From NCBI RefSeq assembly GCF_006345805.1, contig NW_021833137.1, positions 1-29,833 on the forward strand: a DNA stretch of 29,833 nucleotides, read 5' to 3'. This stretch comes from Octopus sinensis (Eukaryota). Of this stretch, positions 21,955 to 29,833 are shown piece after piece (position 1 is the stretch's first letter; each line of letters starts with the position of its first letter). The notes under the pieces are model-generated. The model saw nothing but the letters and a program-made list of their open reading frames with translations. It was not told where the DNA came from and made no database searches. A program made the position numbers and the translations under genes.

Positions 21955-22402
21955 TATTATAAAGGTATGAAATATATTTGGATACGAAGAATGCTTTTAG
22001 AGGTAAATACTTGGTTAAAAACAAAATGCTTCGAAAATCTTCAACAGCGAATGAGAAGAGTTTGAAGGACGACGAGAAGAATTTGAAGGACATCATCGGA
22101 ACAACAATGAAATAAGCTTGAATTGCCTTCAGAGAATACCGTAGATTAATGCTAGAGTATGTTTTTAAACCATTCTACCTTTTCTCTTCAGGTTCTGTGA
22201 CCATGCCATTAGAGAAATGCATGTAAGAGAAGCGTCGATCAAATGTTATTTAAGCAGAAAACCTAACAGAATGCCAAACCATATTTATCAATCAAATATA
22301 CAGAATGGTTCCTAAGTGGAATTGGTAGTAATATGGAACTTTGACAACAGCAGAAGTCTTCAGTACTGATATGATTGTCTTTGACAGAAATCTAGAGGAA
22401 TA

Positions 22403-22435
<33 letters not shown>

Positions 22436-22749
22436 AAAAACTAACTCCAGACTTATACACACATATAAATATTTAATTATGTATGTATATATATATAATT
22501 AATGTATGCATGTGTGTGTGTCTGTGTGTCCCCATTTTATAAATACGTATGCATTTATACATATGGACACGCATACACACACACATGCGTGCGCGCACAG
22601 ATACACACATACTGTATATGTGTGTATATGTAGACGTAGATATATGTGTGTATATATGCATATATATATATATATACATACACAGACACACATATATATA
22701 CACATATATATATATACATGTATGTGTGTGTATGCGTGTGTGTGTGTGG

Positions 22750-24054
22750 GGGGGGTGGAATCAGAAATTATCCGCACTTCCGCCAACGCTTTCTTTAGGT
22801 TGGCTGCACTGCTTTCAGCGCTCGCGTGTTAGAAATTGGTCCTCTTGTGGTTACGTAACCAAGGTTTTGACTTTGGTCACTCCAGTTTTCTTGTGTTACG
22901 CAGTAAATCTCACCGCTCTGGTAACAGTGTACACCAAGGAAGAACAGAGATCGGTGCTCTGATTTTCTCTCGTCTGAAGCTGTGTAACGGTCTGAAATTC
23001 ATCTGAGGCTTCCAGTGCAACACAGGGACAGAATTCTACCACGTAGAACTGTGAATCATGAGTGAATCATGAAATTTTGAAATTGTCAGATAAGAGTGAA
23101 GCACGATGATTGGGCAAGATGTCCATCAACCTCCATCACTCACGTGAAGATTCAAATAAGCTCGAGAGATGGATGAGGTGAACCGACGACTGACCATTGA
23201 TGAGGTGGCATGTTGCCTGTAAATTAGTCATGGTTCTGTATACGAAATTATTTACAAGTTTCGCCTCTGTAAAGTCTGTGCGAGATGGATGCCAAGAGAG
23301 CTTACCAAAGTTCATATGCGCAATCGTGTGGAGATCTGTCAACGCTTACACGACTTCTACAACGAGGAAAGCGAAGGTTTTTTTTTTTTTTTTAGTGAAT
23401 AGCCGCAGGAGATGGAACTGGAATCCATCACTTTCAGTAAGAATCCTAGAGGCTGAATAAAGAGTGGAAACTCCTGGAATCGCCAGCGAAAAAGAAATTC
23501 AAGACTCAACCTTCTGCAGGTAAAAATGATGTTAACCGTTTTGGGGGGTGTAAACGGATCTATACTGAAACATTACCTGGAAAAGGGATCTACAATTACC
23601 TATGGAGGCAACAGTGAAATCCTGGCCAATAAACTGCAACCATCAATTTGCACCAAACGCCGAGGTCTGTGGTCAAAGAAAGTACTGTTGTTGCACGACA
23701 ATGCACGCTCACATACGGTCACCCACACCGTTGAAACCAGAGCAAACTTGGGTTTCGTGTTGCTGGAACACTCTGAAAACAGTCCAGATCCCGGCCCTTG
23801 CAGCTATTACCTGTCTGGACCACTCAACCATTGCTTTGGAGGTCGCCAAGTTGTTAAGGACGAAGAAGCGCAGGAAGAGATGCATAAATGGTTGCGTAAC
23901 CAGCCGATGGAATGAAGAAGCTTTTGGCCCACTGGAAGAAGAGCATCGAAAAGCAAGAAGACTAATTCGAAAAATGATGGAACTGTCAAGCCTCTTCTTT
24001 TGTTTTAATAAATTATAGAAATAAGGGTGCGTACAATTTTTACTTAACCTCCTG
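22750..24054 (+). mobile_element. Mariner element (DD34D, irritans/Hsmar2-like), full length, decayed
   Basis: Degenerate TIRs ggggtggaatcagaaattatccgcac (22752-22777) and gtgcgtacaatttttacttaacctcctg|TA (24027-24056); ~1.3 kb. Confidence 0.85.
22909..23990 (+). pseudogene. Mariner transposase pseudogene
   Basis: TKEEQRSVL (N-terminal HTH start), NRRLTIDEVA, WMPRELT, KKKFKTQPSAG, HDNARSH, NSPDPGPCSYYL (degenerate YSPDLAPSDY), with many stops and frameshifts; 3' coordinate approximate. Confidence 0.9.
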
Positions 24055-24584
24055 TATACATGTGTGTGCGTGTGTGTGTGTGCGTGTGTGTGTGTGTGGG
24101 GGGGGGGTTAGATAACTATCAATGCTTAGGTGAGAGCGTATGATGCTTATCCACTCGATTTTTAATGTAACCAATATTTGTCAATCACTGATGCTGTGCC
24201 TCCCCATCATAATCACCACAATGTGACAAGACAATTTTCTACCTCTTGGATGGCAAATTCTATGAAGAATGTTCGTCGAACAGAATATCGAAGAATCGCC
24301 AACCGTGACTGCTGCTCCTGCCTATATTTATTGCTTTCAACTTCCATGATTTTATTCTTCAAAGAAACCTAATTTTTGATTTGTACTTCAGACGAAAAGT
24401 AACAAAAAACGCACGCGAAGACCGAATGTTGTTGAAAGAATCGTCTGCGGGGGATGAGAGGCGCTGTTAGGTGGAAGCAATTAGACAAGGTTAAATAGAT
24501 TGGTACGTTGAGAGAGAGAGAGGGAGGAGAGGGAGAGAGAACGAGAGAAAAATTGAGAGGCAGAGAGACTGAGGGAGAAAGAAA

Positions 24585-24681
24585 CAGACACACAGACAGA
24601 CAGAGAAACAGATAGATAGATGGATAGATAGATAAATAGATAGATGGATAAATAGATAGATAGATAGACAGACGGACAGAC

Positions 24682-24724
<43 letters not shown>

Positions 24725-24758
24725 GATAGATAGATAGATAGACGGACAGACAGATAGT

Positions 24759-24810
<52 letters not shown>

Positions 24811-24819
24811 CGGACAGAC

Positions 24820-24882
<63 letters not shown>

Positions 24883-24916
24883 CGGACAGACAGATAGATA
24901 GATAGTAGATAGATAG

Positions 24917-24948
<32 letters not shown>

Positions 24949-24957
24949 CGGACAGAC

Positions 24958-25055
<98 letters not shown>

Positions 25056-25110
25056 TAGATAGATAGACAGACATATATACATACATACATACATACAGAC
25101 AGACAGACAT

Positions 25111-25147
<37 letters not shown>

Positions 25148-25160
25148 TAGATAGATAGAA
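24585..25160. repeat. (GATA)n/(GACA)n array with ~69-bp higher-order period
   Basis: gacggacagaca landmark at 24671, 24741, 24809, 24881, 24947. Confidence 0.95.
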
Positions 25161-25211
25161 ATTTGTGTTTAGAAGAGAATACGTAATACATAAATTAGAA
25201 AGATATATGTA

Positions 25212-25413
25212 GCACACACACACACACACACACACACAGAGAAGCACACACACTCTCAGAGGCACACACACACACAGAGGCGCACACACACTCTCAGAGG
25301 CACACACACCACACACACACACACAGAAGCACACACACTCTCAGAGGCACACACACACACAGAGGCGCACACACTCTCAGAGGCACACACACACACACAC
25401 AGAGGCACACACT
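25212..25413. repeat. CA-derived minisatellite (cacacacagagg/ctctcagagg units, ~85-bp higher-order repeat)
   Basis: agaagcacacacactctcagagg...agaggcgcacac block at ~25240 and ~25325. Confidence 0.85.
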
Positions 25414-26329
25414 CATGTAATCCAGTACAATTGTTATTTTAAGCAGATTACTTAACACACTGTGTATAAACCAATATAAATGTCATATAAACATGACATT
25501 TATACTACACTACATTATTATTATCATTATCATTTGTTGTTGCTGTTGTTGTTGTTGTTCAGGGTGGTGGATGGTAGAGTCGGTAGCACGTCGGGGCAGT
25601 GGTGGGAGGAATCGGCAGAGCACTGGATAAAATGCTTTGTGGTATTTAGTTACGTTTCTGTACTTTCCGTGTTTTAGGTTCCACTTTTTAGGTGTGGAGT
25701 GGTGGTGGTGGTGGTGGTGGTGGGTGATAGAAAGCAGAAGCAATCATCGATTCGAATCGATCTAATCGATATTAAATGATTGGAGTTAATAAATTCCATA
25801 CGTGACGCATTAAGTAACCAACTAGAAATAAATAAATGAATAAATAAATAAATAAATAAATAAATAATCCTGGGTTTTTAGGATTCCAGGTCAAATAAGG
25901 GAGACAACTACAAAAATGTTTCGACGTTATTCTGGTTTCGTCAACGAATCGTAATCTCTATTTATATTTTCTGTAATAATTATGAAGGAATTATTAGTTT
26001 TAAAGAGTTGCCCTCTTATACACGACAACCAAAACTATAATGGCTTGTGCCAAGAATATGAAAGGAGGTTGATTCATAGCTTGCTGTATTGAATTATGTC
26101 TCTTTAAAATCTGATTTTAAATACATTCAAAGCTGTCCATAAAGGAAGAAGAACCAGTCAAGTACTGATAGTGATTGAACCTTTCCACCATACATTTCTA
26201 ATTTTCTGTTTGTTTCCTTCCATTGCTTTCTGGATAACAGCCTCAGCATCCCGTTCTCGATTTATTTATACAAGCTGTAGATTGCATTACCTGCCAACAC
26301 TACCTAATCCGATTGGACAAGGTGCTCCC

Positions 26330-26720
26330 ACCAGTAATTAGTTCCACAAATTATTGGTTCCACAAGTTCTTGGTCCTACAAGTTACAAGTTCCAGTAGTT
26401 ATCGATTGCACTAGTTATCGATTTAGTAACTAATCCCACAAGTTCTTGGTCCCATAATTTCTTGGTCCCACAATTTATTGGTCTAAATAATTATCGGCTG
26501 CACTAGTTAATAATTTGGTAATTGGTCCCATATGTTCGTGGTCCCACAAGTTCTTGGTCCCACAAGTTCTTGGTCTGACAAATTTTTGGTGTAAAAGATT
26601 ATCAATCGCACTAGTTAATAATTTAGTATTTAGTCCAACAAGTTCTTTGTCCCACAAGTTCTTTGTCCCACAAGTTCTTTGTCCCACAAGTTGTGGTTTC
26701 CAAAGTTTATTGGTTCAATA
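26330..26720. repeat. Higher-order minisatellite: 16-bp monomers (gtcccacaagttcttg) inside 92/92/108-bp units
   Basis: Unit landmarks at 26333, 26425, 26517, 26625; gcactagtta at 26408, 26500, 26608. Confidence 0.85.
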
Positions 26721-26799
26721 ATCTATTATTGTGTTCTAAACATCCTGTTTGTATAAACATGATATGAATCAAGTCTCACCAAAGCTGATATTATATACT

Positions 26800-26855
<56 letters not shown>

Positions 26856-27629
26856 GGTATATATATATAGCCGTTATATATGTTACTAATTATATTTCTA
26901 CGCATTATTTATTTCGCAATTTCCCCGTTATTTACACAAAATTACTCCCACATGATCAACACAGACTTTTCTTCCAATGTCCAAGACACACCAAAAATAA
27001 TTAGGTTCCTTGGTTTTCGTTCTTGTATTTTACCTTTTATTATATTTCCTCGTCTACGTTGATCCATTCAATATCTGATAACACTTATTTCCCCCCAATT
27101 AATAAGCGAAATACCAAAATTGAAAAATCTCAACGACTAAAAATAGCTAAATATAAGTTTGGCAGCAGCGTTGAGGTAAATTATTCAACAAGTCATAGAT
27201 TATAAAAGACAATTCTTGAGAAAATGGTAAGAGCAGAACATTAATCACCAAGAAGAAATTACAATTACAAAAAGGCAAAAAAAAAATGACAAAAAAACCC
27301 CCGGAATTCTGAATAAATTTACAAAACAAAATTTATAAACCATTTATTCTTTTACGAGAAAACATTTTTAACAGATTTTATATATATTTATTATCATCAT
27401 TTTTATATTATTATTGCTGCTGTTGTTGTTGTTGTTGTTGTTGTTATTTCTGTTGTTGCTGACAAAAAAAGAAATTATTACTACTGCTACTACTACTGTT
27501 GTCATTAATCTTTGTTATTGTTATTCTTTTGGTAATAACTGAAGTATTTCCTTTCCGTTTAATTGTGAACTAATGCAGAACATTTGTCAATAGGTGGCGC
27601 TATTGATGACAAATAGTAAAGCTTCAATT

Positions 27630-27860
27630 ACAACTTTCTGTCGCTGCTGCGGTTGCTCTTCTTCTCCTCCTTCTCCTCCTTCTCCTCCTCCTTCTTCTTC
27701 TCCTTCTTCTTCTTCTTCTTATTTTGTTCTTGTAGTTGTTGTCTTGTTATTCTTATTATGTTCTTGTTCTTGTAGTTGCTGCTACTGTTATTTTTATTGT
27801 TGTTGTTGTCGATAATACTATTGTTCTTGTTCCTGTTGTTGTTTTTCTTCTTCCCCACCC
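27630..27860. repeat. (CTT/CCT/GTT) low-complexity trinucleotide region
   Basis: Direct reading. Confidence 0.85.
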
Positions 27861-28199
27861 TTCCCCACCAACCCCCAATCCCACCATCATTAAATCCATT
27901 AATCTTTCTCCCTCAGCTGTTCATTGTCTGCAATTTGGCGAGCTTTCGTTTGTTTGGTTTTTTTTAATCTTTTCTTTTTTTTTCTTTCTGCTAATGAAGA
28001 ATTAGGTCTGTTGTACGACATTGTTTTTTTCTGCATCATTGTGATTCCATATGATCGCATTTACGACGGTCAAAGATGGCTGCTTGAACCAGAGCTTGGA
28101 CTGGCGGCTGAATGATAGCCGGTTCGATACATGCCACCAGCCGTACCCGGGGTCTATAATTTAACTCACCCGGTCAAATAAAGTTTAAAAAGCAAAGTT

Positions 28200-28330
28200 A
28201 CATTCTCAAGTCATGCTGACTTATAAGGGCCGGTTACCCGGTTTTCATGGGGCATATATCCCCACCCTCGCCCCTGGATAGGACACCAGTCTGTCACAGG
28301 ATAACTCATTTTTGCCATCTGAGTCCACCC
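28200..28330 (-). mobile_element. Fragment of a CORE-like SINE (tail plus part of core)
   Basis: actcatttttgccatctgagtccac matches ctttttgccagctgagtggac at 16444-16465; upstream gggccggttacccggtttt tail is of another type. Confidence 0.5.
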
Positions 28331-28447
28331 AGTTTTATGAAACAATATTAATTGTATTTCAGGGTTTCATACGAACACTCCAAAATACGTAAATGTGTTT
28401 CTGTAGATTTATGCAAATATGTAAAGATTTATGCAAATACATATGTA

Positions 28448-28675
28448 TTTCTTTATTGCCCACAAGGGGCTAAACACAGAGGGGACAAACAAGGACAGAC
28501 AAAGGGATTAAGTCGATTACATCGACCCCCAGTGCGTAACTGGTACTTAATTTATCGACCCCCGAAAGGATGAAAGGCAAAGTCGACATCGGCGGAATTT
28601 GAACTCAGAACGCAGCGGCAGACGAAATACTGCTAAGCATTTCGCCCGGCGTGCTAACGTTTATGCTAGCTCACC
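28448..28675 (-). mobile_element. Family-A SINE, full length, with 15-bp TSD
   Basis: Aligns with 5552-5764 and 4927-5109; gcaaata(c/t)atatgta at 28433-28447 and 28676-28690 (14/15). Confidence 0.9.
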
Positions 28676-28820
28676 GCAAATATATATGTACGTTTATATA
28701 TATACAGGTACGTTTGCATGGACATACATTTGTACCCGTGCGTCCATTAATACTATTGCACCATATGATTGTCTACTTGTGTGTATAGGTATAGGCTATG
28801 CATTACTATGTATATTTTAC

Positions 28821-29328
28821 TCTGTTTTTAATCATTTAAATTCCCACTCTGAAGGAGCTGGTTTCTATCAAAGATACAAAGCCCCACCTTTGGAATGTAG
28901 ATAACAAAATCAGTGTCACATTTTAAACTTGAGAAAAGTTTTGCATATTTTCACTGTTCCACTTAAAGATTACATTTGCAAATGGCGTGTTAGTTGGTTA
29001 TTTTTTTATCTGAAAAACCCAGTTTATTCAAACTTCCACCTAGGCATTTACCCAAGGGCACCAATTACTATTGGTATAAATGTGAATTTATAATCTGGAT
29101 ACAGAAGCTGAAGTTTTCGAAGCAGTTGTCTATAGTCCCTCTCTTTCAAAGAGATATTCACATCAGCCAGACAGCTAACCTCAGCAACGGTACGTACTTT
29201 TTTCTTGTCTGCCCCAAACAACAATATCCGGCCTGGTATGATTACACTTGACAGATGTTTTGATGGGACTGTTCTATCAGAATTCCTTGCGTTGATGCTT
29301 GGACGTATATTCAATAACAGGAGATTCT
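28821..29328 (-). mobile_element. 3' end of an RLE-type non-LTR retrotransposon (endonuclease domain plus short 3' UTR), pseudogenised
   Basis: Minus strand reads KEF**NSPIKTSVKCNHTRPDIVVWGRQEK / VRTVAEVSCLADVNISLK...LYPDYKFTFIPIVIGALG / ...LSGTVKICKTFLKFKM* (stop 28916-28918), i.e. a PD..(D/E) restriction-like endonuclease motif as in R2-group elements. Confidence 0.85.
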
Positions 29329-29355
29329 CTGTATGTACGTATGTATGTGTTAGCT

Positions 29356-29622
29356 TCTGTTTTTAATTATTTCAAATCTTCTCCTCGGGAATGAGCTGGT
29401 TTCTAACCGAGATACAAAGCTCCACCTTTGGAATGTAGATAACGAAAACAAATTTACATTTTGGACTTGAGAAAAGTCTTGCATGTTTTTACTGTTCCCC
29501 TTACAGAATGTAATTGTAATGTGCAGTGAGTTGGTTGATTTCTATTCCTGAAACCCTGGCTTATCCAGATTGTCGCTTACAGCGTTTATTCACAAAACCA
29601 AGCGCACCAACTATTATTGCTA
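29356..29622 (-). mobile_element. Second, shorter 3' end of a related RLE non-LTR element
   Basis: AIIVGALG...GTVKTCKTFLKSKM* (stop 29454-29456); 3' UTR gagctggtttcta...gatacaaagc.ccacctttggaatgtagataac aligns with 28855-28905. Confidence 0.85.
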
Positions 29623-29708
29623 TATATGTACGTACGTATGTATGTATGTATGTATGTATGTATGTATGTATGTATGTATGTGTGTGTATCTATCTATCTA
29701 TCTATCTG

Positions 29709-29747
<39 letters not shown>

Positions 29748-29833
29748 GTCTATGTATGTATGTATGTATGTATGTATGTATGTATGTATGTGTGTGTGTA
29801 TGTATGTATGTATGTATCTATCTGTCTATCTAT
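29623..29833. repeat. (TATG)n/(TATC)n microsatellite to the end of the window
   Basis: Direct reading. Confidence 0.95.

Noticed and set aside
20902-23990. Domesticated or active transposase genes
   Set aside because: Both carry multiple stops, frameshifts and mutated catalytic residues
22715-24110. Apparent long direct repeat (tacatgt...(TG)n...G-run) on both sides of the mariner
   Set aside because: Low complexity; the same (TG)n-G-run pattern occurs at 11392-11410; mariners make only TA duplications
28-25334. Long ORFs rich in HT/CV/YI/IYLS repeats (e.g. 1014..1766, 1110..1958, 19097..19639, 24369..25334)
   Set aside because: They are translations of CA/TG, TA, TATG and GATA repeats, are open in several frames and strands at once, and have no domain content
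26330-26720. CRISPR-like repeat-spacer array (also considered for 1130-1815)
   Set aside because: Spacers are homologous to each other, repeats are degenerate, there are no cas genes and the context is eukaryotic

Overview
Eukaryotic, very repeat-rich DNA, intergenic or intronic. No complete host protein-coding gene, rRNA, true tRNA gene or CRISPR array can be supported. The interspersed repeats and the very high microsatellite density (CA, TA, TATG, GATA, ATT, GAT, CAC) look like an Octopus/coleoid cephalopod genome. That assignment is my recollection of octopus repeat families, not a database result. Nearly all ORFs in the supplied track are translations of microsatellites. Recognisable content: (i) about 15 copies or fragments of at least four tRNA-derived SINE-like families, labelled A-D here for convenience, several with clear target-site duplications (TSDs); (ii) a decayed DD37D maT/mori-type transposon (20776-21604, minus) fused to a Helitron-like end; (iii) a full-length decayed ~1.3-kb mariner (22750-24054, plus); (iv) two tandem 3' ends of a restriction-like-endonuclease (RLE) non-LTR retrotransposon (28821-29622, minus); (v) a 494-bp tandem duplication; (vi) several higher-order minisatellites. 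The most interesting leads are a head-less ~185-bp SINE module with recurring breakpoints, head/core/tail shuffling among the SINEs, apparent microsatellite targeting by non-LTR elements, and a few short candidate exons. I found no convincing novel multi-gene system. All alignments and identities were judged by eye.
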